Assembly (NCBI GenBank): GCA_965261085.1
Contig: OZ253442.1
Coordinates: 1,376,001-1,440,000, forward strand
Direction of reading: 5' to 3'
Length of the DNA stretch: 64,000 bases
DNA from: a bacterium
GTDB lineage: Bacteria; UBA8248
In this document: positions 1 to 10,416 of the stretch, one piece after another
Layout of the letters: every line of letters starts with the position of its first letter
How positions within the stretch are numbered: the stretch's first letter is position 1
Translations under genes and position numbers: made by a program
The notes under the pieces: generated by a model
What the model was told of the DNA's origin: nothing
The model's input: the letters and a program-made list of their open reading frames with translations, nothing else
Database searches by the model: none

Positions 1-222
1 AAGCTCCTGCTCCACAAGCGGGAGATCGGGCGCCTGATTGGCCGCGTGAACGAGCGGGGCATGACGCTCGTGCCGATGAAGATGTATTTCGCCCGGGGCC
101 GCGCGAAGGTGGAGATCGGCGTGGGCAAGGGCAAGAAATTCCATGATCGCCGCGAGGAACTCAAAAAACGCGACGCGAATCGTGAGATCGCGCGCGCGCT
201 GAGAGAGAGGAACCGGGGGTGA
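1..222 (+). CDS. smpB: SsrA-binding protein SmpB, 3' part (runs off window start)
   Basis: Frame 1 reads KLLLHKREI...GMTLVPMKMYF..GRAKVEIGVGKGKKFHDRRE, the SmpB C-terminal signature. TGA at 220-222; lies just upstream of tmRNA. Confidence 0.97.
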   Translation, partial: KLLLHKREIGRLIGRVNERGMTLVPMKMYFARGRAKVEIGVGKGKKFHDRREELKKRDANREIARALRERNRG

Positions 223-425
223 TGCGCATTATCAAAGACTATACGATGCGCTGGTGGCAGGTGAGCCTGCTGAAAATTTCGATGATGGCGCTTGGTCTGG
301 CCGTCTGCGCCACCTGGCCGGGAGCCTTCGAGGGCCTGTTGCTCTGGCTCTGGCTGATTTTCGCGCTCCCCGCCGCGTATCTGTGCTACGTCTTCTACCC
401 CGAAATGTGGGGTAGGCGAAAATAG
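222..425 (+). CDS. Small hydrophobic membrane protein (about 2 TM helices)
   Basis: ATG overlaps the smpB stop (TGATG); two hydrophobic stretches. Confidence 0.6.
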   Translation: MRIIKDYTMRWWQVSLLKISMMALGLAVCATWPGAFEGLLLWLWLIFALPAAYLCYVFYPEMWGRRK

Positions 426-487
426 GGTATATAGAATCGGGCGCGGGGCGATGATCGCCGCCCCGGAGCCTGAGCTTCATCTCTTAT

Positions 488-848
488 GGGGGCGATCTGG
501 CTTCGACGGGAGGATTTGAAGTCTGAGCTGCGCGCCGGGGACGCCACTTGGCCCCGTTATCAATGTGGCAAAATCTCACCAGCCGACAACGAGCTGGCTC
601 TCGCTGCTTAAACGCTAGCGAGCGTTCCCCCTCGCCTCGTTCGCGGGTGGGGTGTGGAGCGTCATGATGCGGACTAGCCGACCCAGGTTTCGGTCCGGAA
701 CCTGCTAGGCGAATTCTAATCGGACTAGCCCGGAGGATTGCCCGCCGGTGGGCTTGAGATTGGGCGAAACCCTTACCACCGGCTACGCGCGTAGACGCTC
801 AAGACGGAAGCCTTGCGGACGCGGGTTCGATTCCCGCCGCCTCCACCA
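488..848 (+). ncRNA. ssrA: tmRNA, one-piece (non-permuted)
   Basis: 5' GGGGGCG pairs with 3' CGCCTCC-ACCA including the G3:U alanine determinant; T-arm GCGGGTTCGATTCCCGC; internal tag ORF; next to smpB. Confidence 0.97.
582..611 (+). other. tmRNA tag reading frame, (A)ADNELALAA*
   Basis: GCC GAC AAC GAG CTG GCT CTC GCT GCT TAA with the typical LAA end; resume codon is inferred. Confidence 0.85.
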
Positions 849-849
849 G
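786..849 (+). repeat. Direct repeat copy 1 (ssrA 3' end, attL-like)
   Basis: 64 bp matching 1767-1830 with 2 mismatches. Confidence 0.95.
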
Positions 850-949
850 AATACAATACCTGCGGCGACATAGCGGACGATAACGTCTCGTCTTGCGTCA
901 TGGCCGGGGCGGATAAGCGCCATGCGCCGCCGATCGAACGGGAGTTGAA

Positions 950-1765
950 ATGACCGAAAAAAGCGCCATTCAGAACATGGCCCTGTTTTGCGATTTCGAA
1001 AACATCGCCCTTGGCGTTCGCGACGCCAAATACGCGGATTTTGATATTCAAAGGGTGCTGGAGCGCATACTGCTCAAGGGCAGCATTATCGTCAAGAAAG
1101 CTTATTGCAATTGGGCGCGTTACAAGGAATTCAAGGCTCCCATGCACGAGGCGGCCTTCGAGTTGATCGAAATACCGCACGTCCGCATGTCCGGCAAGAA
1201 CTCCGCCGACATTCGCATGGTCGTCGACGCATTGGACCTCTGCTATACCAAGGCGCACGTCGATACCTTCGTGATTATCAGCGGCGATTCCGATTTTTCG
1301 CCTTTGGTCAGCAAGCTCCGCGAGAACAACAAGGTGGTTGTCGGCGTCGGCGTAAAGAACTCGACCTCCGACTTGCTGACCTCGACCTGCGACGAGTTCA
1401 TCTATTACGACGACTTGATGCGCGAATCCGAAAAACAGGGAAAGGCCAAACGGAAACGGCCGGCCCCCAGCGCCGGAAGAAAGAAAGTCGTCGACGGCGA
1501 CGAGGAAAAACGGCTGGAAGGGCTCAATCTGGTACTGGAGACGACCGAGGACTTGGCCCGGGAGCGGGGCGAGGAAGAAAAGGTCTGGGGGTCGATGGTG
1601 AAGCAGGCCCTGAAACGCCGCAAACCAGGATTCAGCGAATCCTATCACGGATACAAAACGTTCAAACACCTGCTCGAAGACGCGAAAGCCCGCGGGATGC
1701 TGGAACTGGAATACGACAAAAAGTCCGGCGGATACATCGTGAAGAGTGCGCAGCTCGATGAATAG
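950..1765 (+). CDS. NYN (LabA/DUF88, PIN-like) domain protein with C-terminal OST-HTH/LOTUS domain
   Basis: Motifs ALFCDFEN, GKNSADIRMVVDA, IISGDSDFSPL, CDEFIYY; C-terminal WGSMVKQALKRRKPGFSESYHGYKTFKHLL. Confidence 0.92.
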   Translation: MTEKSAIQNMALFCDFENIALGVRDAKYADFDIQRVLERILLKGSIIVKKAYCNWARYKEFKAPMHEAAFELIEIPHVRMSGKNSADIRMVVDALDLCYTKAHVDTFVIISGDSDFSPLVSKLRENNKVVVGVGVKNSTSDLLTSTCDEFIYYDDLMRESEKQGKAKRKRPAPSAGRKKVVDGDEEKRLEGLNLVLETTEDLARERGEEEKVWGSMVKQALKRRKPGFSESYHGYKTFKHLLEDAKARGMLELEYDKKSGGYIVKSAQLDE

Positions 1766-1766
1766 G

Positions 1767-1830
1767 CGCGCGTAGACGCTCACGACGGAAGCCTTGCGGA
1801 CGCGGATTCGATTCCCGCCGCCTCCACCAG
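1767..1830 (+). repeat. Direct repeat copy 2 (displaced ssrA 3' fragment, attR-like)
   Basis: CGCGCGTAGACGCTCACGACGGAAGCCTTGCGGACGCGGATTCGATTCCCGCCGCCTCCACCAG, 62/64 identical to 786-849. Confidence 0.95.
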
Positions 1831-1903
1831 TTTCATATGTCTTGAGTACACATGTTTAGCGACTGTCGAGCATAAAATAGCGGCAAAGTGGCCGAGTCAT
1901 GAA

Positions 1904-1933
1904 TTGCATTCAGCCTTTCGCGCGGATTAGAAT
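1904..1933 (+). promoter_or_regulatory. Candidate sigma70 promoter for ppk1-ppx
   Basis: TTGCAT-N18-TAGAAT about 115 bp upstream of the ATG. Confidence 0.4.
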
Positions 1934-2049
1934 GCGCTCGTCATCAGGGCGGCGTCGCAGAGTCCTTCCGGTTGTTTCGAATGATCTTTTCGGGTTCGCG
2001 TCGCCTTGAGCCGGTAGGTTTCACGAGGCATCCATAGAGGACGCAGAGC

Positions 2050-4209
2050 ATGACGCCCCTGGCCGAAGAGGAATCCTCATCCGTCGCGATCGAGCCGATC
2101 CTCGATCCGCGCCGCCGCTATCTGAATCGCGAGCTCTCCTGGCTCGCCTTCAACTGGCGCGTGCTCGCCGAGGCGAGCAACCTCCGCCATCCCCTGCTCG
2201 AGCGGCTGCGCTTCCTGTCGATATCGGCGAGCAATCTCGATGAATTCTTCATGGTGCGCTTGGCGGGTCTCAAGGGCCAAGTGGCCAACGGCGTGACCCA
2301 GAAGAGCCTCGATGGCCGCACGCCCGCCGAGCAGTTGGCCGAAGTCACCGAGGAAAGCGCGCGGCTCATTCGCGAACAGGAAGCGGTGTGGACGCGCTTG
2401 CAAGGCGAACTCGCCGAGGCCGGTATATCGATGGTCACCACGAAGGATTTAAGCGCCGAGGATATCGAATGGCTCGGCAATTACTTCCTGAAACAGGTCT
2501 TTCCCGTTCTGACGCCCCTGGCCATCGACCCGGCGCATCCGTTTCCGTTCATCGCGAATCGAGGTTTCTCGCTTGCGTTAGAGCTCAAAGCCACCGAGGG
2601 CGCGAGGAAAATGCGGGCTCTGGTTCCCCTGCCCGATCAGGTGCGCCGCTTCACCCGCCTGCCGGGAGAGGAAATTCGCTTCATCGCGCTGGAGAATCTG
2701 GTGCGGCTGTTCATCGAGCAGTTGTTCCCCGGCTACCAAATTATCGGCAGCGGCGTGTTCCGCCTGATCCGCGACAGCGACATCGAATACGAAGAGGAGG
2801 CCGAAGACCTCGTCCTGTTGTTCGAGACCATGCTGCGCCAGAGGCGGCTCGGCGGCGTGGTGCGCCTGAACCTGAGCGTCGACATGCCGGACTCGCTGCG
2901 TGAGTTGGTGACAGACGAGTTCGACGCGCAGCCGGAAGACATCGCGGTACTGACCGGCACCATCGGCATGGCGCAACTCGACGAGTTAATCGATTGCGGG
3001 CGGACGGATCTGATTTTCCCGGCCTACCGGGCGCGCTTTCCCGAGCGCATCCGCGAGTACGACAACGATTGCTTCGCGGCGATTCGCCAAAAGGACATCG
3101 TCGTCCACCACCCCTATGAGAGTTTCGACGTGGTGGTGCAGTTTCTCGAACAGGCGGCGGCCGACCCGAACGTGCTGGCGATAAAACAGACGCTCTACCG
3201 CACGACGGCCGAGTCGCCCATCGTCAAGGCGCTCATCGCGGCGGCGGAATCGGGCAAATCGGTCACCGCGATGGTGGAACTCAAGGCGCGCTTCGACGAG
3301 GAGACCAACCTCAAGCTCTCGCAATCGCTTGAACGCGCAGGCGTCCACGTGGTCTATGGCTTCATGAAGCTCAAGACCCACGCCAAGATCACCTGCGTCG
3401 TGCGGCGCGAGGGCGAAGATCTGCGCAGCTACGTGCATTTCGGCACCGGCAATTATCATCCCATCACCGCGCGGGTCTATACCGATTTGTCGTTTTTCAC
3501 CTGCGATGAGCGGCTCGCCCACGACGCCGCGCAGGTGTTCAATCTCACCACCGGCTATGCGCTGCCGCGCAGCTTCGAGTGCGTCGCCGTGGCGCCTTCG
3601 GGGTTGCGAAAATGCGTACTGGAGATGATTGACGAGGAAATAGCCAACGCCGAGGCCGGACGGCCCGCCGCGGTATGGGCGAAAATGAACTCACTGGTCG
3701 ATGGAACGGTGATCGACAAGCTCTACCAGGCGAGCGCCCAAGGCGTTCAGATCGATCTCGTGGTGCGCGGCATCTGCTGCCTGCGTCCGGGCGTGCCGGG
3801 CCTGTCCGAGAATATCCGGGTCAAGAGCATCATCGGGCGTTTTCTGGAGCACTCGCGCATCGTCTGTTTCGCCAACGGCCACCCGCTGCCCTCCCCTCAT
3901 GCGAAGGTGTTCATGACCTCGGCCGACTGGATGCCGCGCAATTTCGATCGCCGCTGCGAGGTGCTGGTGCCGATAGAAAACGAAACCGTGCATCAGCAGG
4001 TGCTCGAACAGATCATGGTGGCCAATTACAAGGACGATGCGCAAAGCTGGAACATGTCCGGCGACGGCGGCTACGAGCGCGCGCCGCACGGCGAAGAAGA
4101 TTTCACGGCGCACACCTATTTCATGACGAATCCGAGTCTGTCCGGCCGCGGAAGCGCGCTCAGGCGGGCCGGCGGCCCGGCGAGGTTGCGTATTGCGGAA
4201 GATGGCTGA
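2050..4209 (+). CDS. ppk1: Polyphosphate kinase 1
   Basis: [60 protein letters not shown] motifs. Confidence 0.97.
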   Translation: MTPLAEEESSSVAIEPILDPRRRYLNRELSWLAFNWRVLAEASNLRHPLLERLRFLSISASNLDEFFMVRLAGLKGQVANGVTQKSLDGRTPAEQLAEVTEESARLIREQEAVWTRLQGELAEAGISMVTTKDLSAEDIEWLGNYFLKQVFPVLTPLAIDPAHPFPFIANRGFSLALELKATEGARKMRALVPLPDQVRRFTRLPGEEIRFIALENLVRLFIEQLFPGYQIIGSGVFRLIRDSDIEYEEEAEDLVLLFETMLRQRRLGGVVRLNLSVDMPDSLRELVTDEFDAQPEDIAVLTGTIGMAQLDELIDCGRTDLIFPAYRARFPERIREYDNDCFAAIRQKDIVVHHPYESFDVVVQFLEQAAADPNVLAIKQTLYRTTAESPIVKALIAAAESGKSVTAMVELKARFDEETNLKLSQSLERAGVHVVYGFMKLKTHAKITCVVRREGEDLRSYVHFGTGNYHPITARVYTDLSFFTCDERLAHDAAQVFNLTTGYALPRSFECVAVAPSGLRKCVLEMIDEEIANAEAGRPAAVWAKMNSLVDGTVIDKLYQASAQGVQIDLVVRGICCLRPGVPGLSENIRVKSIIGRFLEHSRIVCFANGHPLPSPHAKVFMTSADWMPRNFDRRCEVLVPIENETVHQQVLEQIMVANYKDDAQSWNMSGDGGYERAPHGEEDFTAHTYFMTNPSLSGRGSALRRAGGPARLRIAEDG

Positions 4210-5728
4210 ACAGCCGGGTCCTGCGGAAGAGGCGGTCGGCGCCGAGGCGCGCTACGGCGTAATCGACATTGGTTCGAACTCGATCCGCATGGTCGTGTTC
4301 GAGGGCCTTAGGCGCGCGCCCCTGCCCATGTTCAACGAAAGAATCCTGTGCGGCCTGGGCCGCAATTTGCACGACACCGGGCGGCTTGATCCGCAAGGCG
4401 TCGAACAGGCGCTCCTGAACATCGAGCGATTTGGTGTCCTGTTGCGCTCAATGGGAGTGGCGCGCTTCGACGCCGTCGCCACCGCTGCGGTGCGCGACGC
4501 GGAGGACGGCGGCGCCTTCGTCGCCGAGGTGGAGCGGCGGTGCGGTGTTCGCGTGCGCGTGCTCTCAGGCGCCGAAGAAGCCGAGATGGCGGCGCTCGGC
4601 GTGCTGAGCGGAGCGCCCGGGGCGGACGGCGTCGTGGGCGACTTGGGGGGCGGCAGTCTAGAGTTGGTCCATCTGCTCGATGGCGCTATCGCCGAGCAGG
4701 CGACGCTGCCTCTGGGGCCGCTCAACCTCTTCGCCGCAGCGGGTGGCCAGCGCAAGCGCGCGCGGAAGATTATCGACGAGGCTTTGGCCGAGTTGCCCTG
4801 GCTCGCCAAAATGCGCGGGCGCGCATTCTACGCCGTCGGCGGCAACTGGCGGGCGCTGGCGCACGCCCACATGGCGCATTCGGGCTATCCGCTCAACATC
4901 ATTCACCATTACCGGCTGCGCTGCGGCGACCTCGCCAAAATCGCCGGTCTGGTCGCCTGGCAGAGCCGCGAGTCGTTGACGGGCATCCGGGGCGTTTCGG
5001 GCAGGCGGCTCGATTTGTTGCCGCTCGCCGCGCTGGTGATGGACCGCCTGCTGGCGGCGGCCGCGCCGCGCGACGTCGTCTTCTCCGCCGACGGCCTGCG
5101 CGAGGGGTTCGCTTTTGCGCGTCTGGGGAAGCGGAGCCGGATGGAGGATCCGCTGCTCAGCGCGGCAGGCGACATCCATGCCCGCACCGCGCGGTTTCCC
5201 GATCACGTCCCCGAACTGCTCACCTGGACGGAAAACCTTTTTCCCGAAGAAAGCGCGTCCGAACGCCGCCTGCGCCACGCCGTCTGCCTGCTGAGCGACG
5301 TCGGCTGGCGGGTGCACCCCGATTACCGGGCCGCCCAGGCCGGCGCCGAGGTGCTCCACGCGCGCGCCCTGCACGTCAGCCACCAGGAGCGGGTATTTAT
5401 CGCCCTGGCCGTTTTCGGGCGCTATACGAGCCGCGAGACCCACGGGGATCTGCGCAACGTCGAGCGGCTGCTGGATGAGGAAACCGCCGGGCGCGCGCGG
5501 GTCATGGGCTCCGTCGTTCGCCTGGGCGAGACCCTGTGCGGCGGCGTGCCGGGGGTGCTGGGGCGCTTTTCGCTCAAGCCCGCCCCGCGCCGGGGTTCTC
5601 TCAAGCTCAGGTGCCGCCGGCGTGACCGCAACATGCTGGGCGAGGTCGTCGTGCGCCGCTTCGAGGCCCTGGCCGCTCTGATGGGACTGGCGTCCCAGGT
5701 GCGCTTTATCGACGAGGAAGACGACTGA
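4202..5728 (+). CDS. ppx: Exopolyphosphatase Ppx/GppA
   Basis: [30 protein letters not shown] motifs; start overlaps the ppk1 end. Confidence 0.95.
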   Translation: MAEQPGPAEEAVGAEARYGVIDIGSNSIRMVVFEGLRRAPLPMFNERILCGLGRNLHDTGRLDPQGVEQALLNIERFGVLLRSMGVARFDAVATAAVRDAEDGGAFVAEVERRCGVRVRVLSGAEEAEMAALGVLSGAPGADGVVGDLGGGSLELVHLLDGAIAEQATLPLGPLNLFAAAGGQRKRARKIIDEALAELPWLAKMRGRAFYAVGGNWRALAHAHMAHSGYPLNIIHHYRLRCGDLAKIAGLVAWQSRESLTGIRGVSGRRLDLLPLAALVMDRLLAAAAPRDVVFSADGLREGFAFARLGKRSRMEDPLLSAAGDIHARTARFPDHVPELLTWTENLFPEESASERRLRHAVCLLSDVGWRVHPDYRAAQAGAEVLHARALHVSHQERVFIALAVFGRYTSRETHGDLRNVERLLDEETAGRARVMGSVVRLGETLCGGVPGVLGRFSLKPAPRRGSLKLRCRRRDRNMLGEVVVRRFEALAALMGLASQVRFIDEEDD

Positions 5729-5751
5729 TGATGCAGTGACGCGCCGCGCGT

Positions 5752-6738
5752 CTATCGGGACGGCTGGTCGGGTCGGTTCGCAGGCGCGCCCTGGATTATC
5801 CCCAATTCCCGCAAGGCCCGGACCGCTCTCAGAACCACCGTATCCCTTTCCTTGATGAGTTCTTCTCGCGAGCGCCCCCCATAGTCGCGCCATCCCTTTC
5901 CCGTGGAGAGTCCCAGTTCGCCTTGTTCGAGTCGGGCCAACAACCAGGGAGAGGGCTTGAACTTGGCGTCGCCTTCGGCCTTGTAGAGGTTCTCGAAGAT
6001 GTTCAGCGTGATGTCGGCGTCGTGAAGGAGATCGTTCCATTCGAACGGCCCTTTGCAGGCCAGACGGATTCCGAAGCCGTGCCGGACGGCCTCGTCCACG
6101 TCTTCGGGGGTGGTGAATCCTCGCTCCACCAGGCTGATGGCTTCGTTCAGCATGGCGTACTGCAAGCGGTTGACGATGTAGCCTGGGACGTCCCGGCAGG
6201 AGACGGGCGCTTTTCCGATTTTCTTCAAAAAGGCGAGGAGCCCGGCATGCGCCTCCTCGCTCGTAGCGGGGCCGAGAACCACTTCCACGAGCGGGAGAAT
6301 GTGCGGGGGATTCGCCCAGTGGGCGCCGATCACGCGGCCGGGATCGGAAACGGCTTGGGCGATGTCCGCCACGCGGAGCGACGAGGTGGTCGTGGCGAGC
6401 ACGGCTTCGGGCAAGGCGTGTTCATCCAGTTCACGGAAGACGCCTTGTTTGACGTCCAGGTCTTCATAGACCGCCTCGAAAACGAAGTGGGCCTTCGCCG
6501 CCGCTTCTTCAACGCTCGCAACGAGAGATACGCGCTCAGAAAGTGGAGACGGGGTCTCGGAAGGAACCAGGCCGTATTCTCGTAAAATGCGGAGGTCGCC
6601 CTCCATCCACTCCAGGGCGGATTCCAGTTGCGCCGGATCCATGTCGGTCAGTGTGACGCTTGCGCCGGAAATCGCGCAATGAAGGGCGATGCCGTGGCCC
6701 ATCATGCCGGCGCCCACTACAGCTACGGGGGAGCCCAC
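5752..6738 (-). CDS. 3-hydroxyacyl-CoA dehydrogenase family protein
   Basis: GAGMMGHGIA Rossmann motif, EAVYEDLDVK, HWANPPH..PLVE, PGYIVNRL. Confidence 0.92.
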   Translation of the reverse strand: MGSPVAVVGAGMMGHGIALHCAISGASVTLTDMDPAQLESALEWMEGDLRILREYGLVPSETPSPLSERVSLVASVEEAAAKAHFVFEAVYEDLDVKQGVFRELDEHALPEAVLATTTSSLRVADIAQAVSDPGRVIGAHWANPPHILPLVEVVLGPATSEEAHAGLLAFLKKIGKAPVSCRDVPGYIVNRLQYAMLNEAISLVERGFTTPEDVDEAVRHGFGIRLACKGPFEWNDLLHDADITLNIFENLYKAEGDAKFKPSPWLLARLEQGELGLSTGKGWRDYGGRSREELIKERDTVVLRAVRALRELGIIQGAPANRPDQPSR

Positions 6739-6897
6739 GCGAAGTCTCCTTTCCTAGAAGGGGTTCGTCGCCCAAAAGAGTTCTTGCCTGATTGCTCACG
6801 GAATTTGAAAAGCCTAGCACCCGGACGCCAATATGAAAAGTCGAATGGTTACTCGAGTGTGGGCCTCCCAGGCAGCCGAGCAAGAATGAGCGCCCGC

Positions 6898-6926
6898 TTG
6901 CACGATAGGCTTCCGTATTCTACTAT
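6898..6926 (+). promoter_or_regulatory. Candidate sigma70 promoter for the TAXI-TRAP operon
   Basis: TTGCAC-N17-TACTAT in an AT-rich divergent intergenic region. Confidence 0.5.
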
Positions 6927-7281
6927 TTTGTTCATATATTCATCGCAATAGTTGGTCCATCTTCTTTCCTGAGCGTAGAGGGTAATTGATGAGCACTATA
7001 TCTGCGTGGTTTTTGCCGGTGGTCTGCGCCGGTGATGAATGCGAAATCAACCCCAGAAAATCCGGGCGGGAACCCGCCTTCGAATATCTTTCCAAGCCGG
7101 TGCGCACCGCAGCTCAAAAAAAGCTTCACGGACTTTTTGCGCCGAGGGGCGAGCGTTGCCAGGCCCCGGGTGGTCGCCATCGTCGACTCCCCGGCGTCGT
7201 TTCATAGCGTTTCATCCGGTTGAATGGCGGCTCAATCCGCCCGCCGGTGATTCTTTCCATCTCCCAAAGGAGGTACCGATC

Positions 7282-8283
7282 ATGCGTAACAGATTTAAGT
7301 GTCTCCCCCGCATCAGTGGAGCCGTCCTCACAGGATTGGTAGCCATGTCCCTGATGGGCGTCCATTTGAGTTCCGCGCCCGTAGAAGCCGCCACGGTGTA
7401 TCTCAACTTCGCGGGCAGCCGCCCCGGAGGCGGGTGGTTTTACATGGCGGGCGGCTTGTCGCCCATCCTGACCCGGGAGATCAAGTCTCTCAACGTGGTG
7501 GCGGAGTCCACCCAGGGCGACGTGGAGAACGTGCGCCGCATGGCCACGGGGGATCTGGATATGGCCATCGCTCACGCGCCGACCATGGCGGAGGCGTATC
7601 TCGGGGTCAGATCCTTCAAGGGCAAGAAGCCGGCCAAGGACGTTCGGGTGCTGATGAAATTCTACGACAGCCCGTTCGGGGTGCTCGCGCTGAAGAGTTC
7701 CGGCATCAAGACGTTCGACGATTTGGCCGGCAAGACCATCGCCGGCGGCCCGGCCGGCAGCGGGAGCATCAAGAACTTCAAAATGGCCCTGGAAGCCTTC
7801 GGCCTGATGAAAAAGATAAAGGCGGTCAAGTATCTGACCTACGCCGATGAGACCACCGCCATGATCGACGGCCGCCTCGACGCCGCGGCCCAGAACGGAT
7901 TGCATTCGGCCTGGACTCTTTCCCTGGATGCGCAGCGGCCCATTCGCCTCGTGCGCATGAGCGAGGTCCAACGCAAGTTGTTCATCAAGACGTATGCCGG
8001 ATTTTGGCCCGGCACCTACGATCCCACGAAAGTGTTCAAGACCGTCAAGGAGCCTTATCCCACGATTTGGAACACGGTTTTCTGGGTGATTAACAAACGT
8101 GTGCCGGAGAAAATCGCCTACGACATCGTCAAAACCGTATTCACTCCCCGGATCAAGAAGGTGCTGCCCAAGATCCACAGGCTGATGCGAGGGGTGGACA
8201 ACGGAGTCGTAGAGTCGCGCAAGTCCGGTCTGCCCATGCATCCGGGCGCGGCCAGGTACTGGCGTGAGAAGGGCATGAAGTAA
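7282..8283 (+). CDS. TAXI family TRAP solute-binding protein
   Basis: AGGAGG RBS; signal peptide; GGGWF, STQGDVEN, GPAGSG and terminal PMHPGAARYW. Confidence 0.92.
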   Translation: MRNRFKCLPRISGAVLTGLVAMSLMGVHLSSAPVEAATVYLNFAGSRPGGGWFYMAGGLSPILTREIKSLNVVAESTQGDVENVRRMATGDLDMAIAHAPTMAEAYLGVRSFKGKKPAKDVRVLMKFYDSPFGVLALKSSGIKTFDDLAGKTIAGGPAGSGSIKNFKMALEAFGLMKKIKAVKYLTYADETTAMIDGRLDAAAQNGLHSAWTLSLDAQRPIRLVRMSEVQRKLFIKTYAGFWPGTYDPTKVFKTVKEPYPTIWNTVFWVINKRVPEKIAYDIVKTVFTPRIKKVLPKIHRLMRGVDNGVVESRKSGLPMHPGAARYWREKGMK

Positions 8284-8371
8284 ATCTCAAAGCCGGAAAC
8301 TTCGCCCGGGCCCCGCGGCGTCGGCCGCCGGCCGTTGGGGCCCGGGTTCCATTTCGCCGAGGAGTAATGGC

Positions 8372-10246
8372 ATGGCTCGCAAAACGGGGCTGCCTCAGAC
8401 GAGGCGGATCGAGGGGTCACTGCGTTACATGGTGATGGCCGTCGCCGTCGTCTTCTCCCTTTTCTACATCTACACGGGAACCTTCGGGATTTTCTCGACG
8501 CACAGCCACCGGGGATACTATCTGATCTTCACCGGCATCCTTCTCTTCCTCCTCTACCCGGCGAGCGATTCCTCTCCGCAGTCCCGGCCCAGCGCCGTCG
8601 ATTGGTTTCTGGTAGCGCTCACGGTCTTCGCCGCCGGCTACTGGATATGGGACACGCCCTACCGCGCGGAACGCATGGGCGAGCCGACGGCGATGGATAT
8701 GGTCATCGGCGGCATGCTGATCGTCGTCTCCCTGGAGATGGGCAGGAGGGTGCTGGGTAACGTGTTGCCGATCCTGGCGCTGATCTTCATGACCTACGCT
8801 TTCGTGGGACCCTGGCTTCCGGACATCGTCTTCGCCCATAAGGGGTTCACGCTTCAGCGCATCCTGGAGTTCATGGCCTCGGAGGTGGCGGTGTTCGGCG
8901 TCGTCATCAACGCCTATGCGTCCTACGTCTTTTTGTTCATCGCGTTCGCCGCTTTCCTGGAGGAGGCGGGCGGCGGAAACTTCCTGGTGCAGTTCGCCAA
9001 CGCCCTGGCCGGCCGCAGCCGGGGCGGTCCGGCCAAGGTGGCGGTCATCTCCAGCGGCTTCGTGGGTTCGATGATGGGCAGCGGCGTCGCCAACGTGGTG
9101 GCCACGGGGTCTTTCACCATCCCGCTGATGAAGCGCACGGGCTACCGGCCCCACATCGCCGGCGCGGTGGAGGCGGCCGCCTCCACGGGAGGCCAGTTCA
9201 TGCCGCCGATCATGGGAGCGGCCGCGTTCATCATCGCCGCCATCACGGAGATCCCCTATGTAGAGGTCATCGCCGTCGCCGCCGTCCCCGCCGTCATCTA
9301 TTTCCTGTCGATTCTCTTCTTCGTTCATATCGAAGCGGCCAAGGAGGGCATCCGTCTGGTTCCGGCCGACGAGGTGCCGGCCTTGAAGGCCGTCCTAAAG
9401 AGTGGGGGCCACCTTCTCCTGCCCGCCTTCTTCATGGTTTTCGTTCTCTTACAGGGGCATTCTCCCAACCTTGCGGCCGTGGTGGCCATTTATTCCATCG
9501 TCGTGGTGAGTTTCCTGCGGCGGGAGACGCGCCTGACGCCCCGGCGCCTTTTGGACGCCCTCGTGCTGGGAGCGCGGAATTCGCTGGTGGTGGGCGCCAC
9601 GGCGGGCGTGGTGGGCCTGATGATCGGCGCCATCATGTTGACGGGACTGGGGATCAAGTTCAGCGATTTCATCATCAACGCCACCGGCGGTTACCTGTTC
9701 CTCACGCTCACGCTCGTGGGCGTCGTCTGCTATATCCTGGGGATGGGCATGACGGTGGTGGCCGCCTACGTCGTGGTCTCCGTCATCGCCGTGCCCGCTT
9801 TGCAGCAACTCGGCGTTCCGCTTCTGGCCTCTCATCTGATCGTTTTCTGGTTCATCCTCACCTCGGGCGTTACCCCGCCGGTCGCGCTGGCCGCCTTCGC
9901 GGCGTCGGGCATCGCGCAATCAGACGTCAACCAGACGGCGTACGCGGCGCTGCGCATGTCGCTCGCGCTCCTCATTACGCCTTATCTTTTCGCCTATACG
10001 AACCTCCTGGAGATAAATAACTTCGGGCCCATGCTGCTGACGGCCGTCAGCGTCACCTTGGGTTTCCTGGCGATGGTCGGCGCCTTGCAGGGGTTTCTTC
10101 TGGCGCCGGTGCCGCCGGTGCTGCGAATGCTGCTGGTGGTGTCCGCCGCGCTCCTCTTCACGCCTTCGCTGCTTCTACGCGCTTTGGGGTTCCTCGGTCT
10201 GGCGGGCGTATTGGTCTCTCAGAAATGGGCCGGCCGCCAGGCGTGA
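8372..10246 (+). CDS. TRAP fused 4TM/12TM permease (TAXI type)
   Basis: RGGPAKVAV, GSGVANV, TGSFTIPLMK, ASTGGQFMPPIMGAAAF, TPPVALAA. Confidence 0.95.
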   Translation: MARKTGLPQTRRIEGSLRYMVMAVAVVFSLFYIYTGTFGIFSTHSHRGYYLIFTGILLFLLYPASDSSPQSRPSAVDWFLVALTVFAAGYWIWDTPYRAERMGEPTAMDMVIGGMLIVVSLEMGRRVLGNVLPILALIFMTYAFVGPWLPDIVFAHKGFTLQRILEFMASEVAVFGVVINAYASYVFLFIAFAAFLEEAGGGNFLVQFANALAGRSRGGPAKVAVISSGFVGSMMGSGVANVVATGSFTIPLMKRTGYRPHIAGAVEAAASTGGQFMPPIMGAAAFIIAAITEIPYVEVIAVAAVPAVIYFLSILFFVHIEAAKEGIRLVPADEVPALKAVLKSGGHLLLPAFFMVFVLLQGHSPNLAAVVAIYSIVVVSFLRRETRLTPRRLLDALVLGARNSLVVGATAGVVGLMIGAIMLTGLGIKFSDFIINATGGYLFLTLTLVGVVCYILGMGMTVVAAYVVVSVIAVPALQQLGVPLLASHLIVFWFILTSGVTPPVALAAFAASGIAQSDVNQTAYAALRMSLALLITPYLFAYTNLLEINNFGPMLLTAVSVTLGFLAMVGALQGFLLAPVPPVLRMLLVVSAALLFTPSLLLRALGFLGLAGVLVSQKWAGRQA

Positions 10247-10416
10247 GCCGGAAATTCCTCTTTTTGGGGCAAGCGGCATTTGAAGCGGCGGATTGCATTT
10301 CGTATCCGCTCGGCTACAATGATCATCGCCACATTCTATTGTCTTGATGCTGAAATCTTTCGTTTCTCAAGCCGCGCCATCCGGCGGTCGGAACGCGCTT
10401 ACAAGGAGAACAAAGC

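Larger units (their letters stand above)
786..1830 (+). mobile_element. Minimal island at the ssrA 3' end (981-bp unit, no integrase)
   Basis: One gene bracketed by 64-bp direct repeats of the tmRNA 3' end. Confidence 0.75.

Noticed and set aside
773-1783. 336-aa minus-strand ORF, and the many other long antisense or alternate-frame ORFs in the track
   Set aside because: They overlap well-supported genes and have no recognisable motifs; typical shadow ORFs in GC-rich DNA.
1767-1830. Possible tRNA (T-arm and CCA)
   Set aside because: No 5' half, D-arm or anticodon arm; it is a copy of the ssrA 3' end.
7039-7281. N-terminal ORF extensions (TAXI here; also 22229-22330, 29805-29882, 42452-42502)
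   Set aside because: Better RBS and family-typical N-termini occur at the downstream starts.
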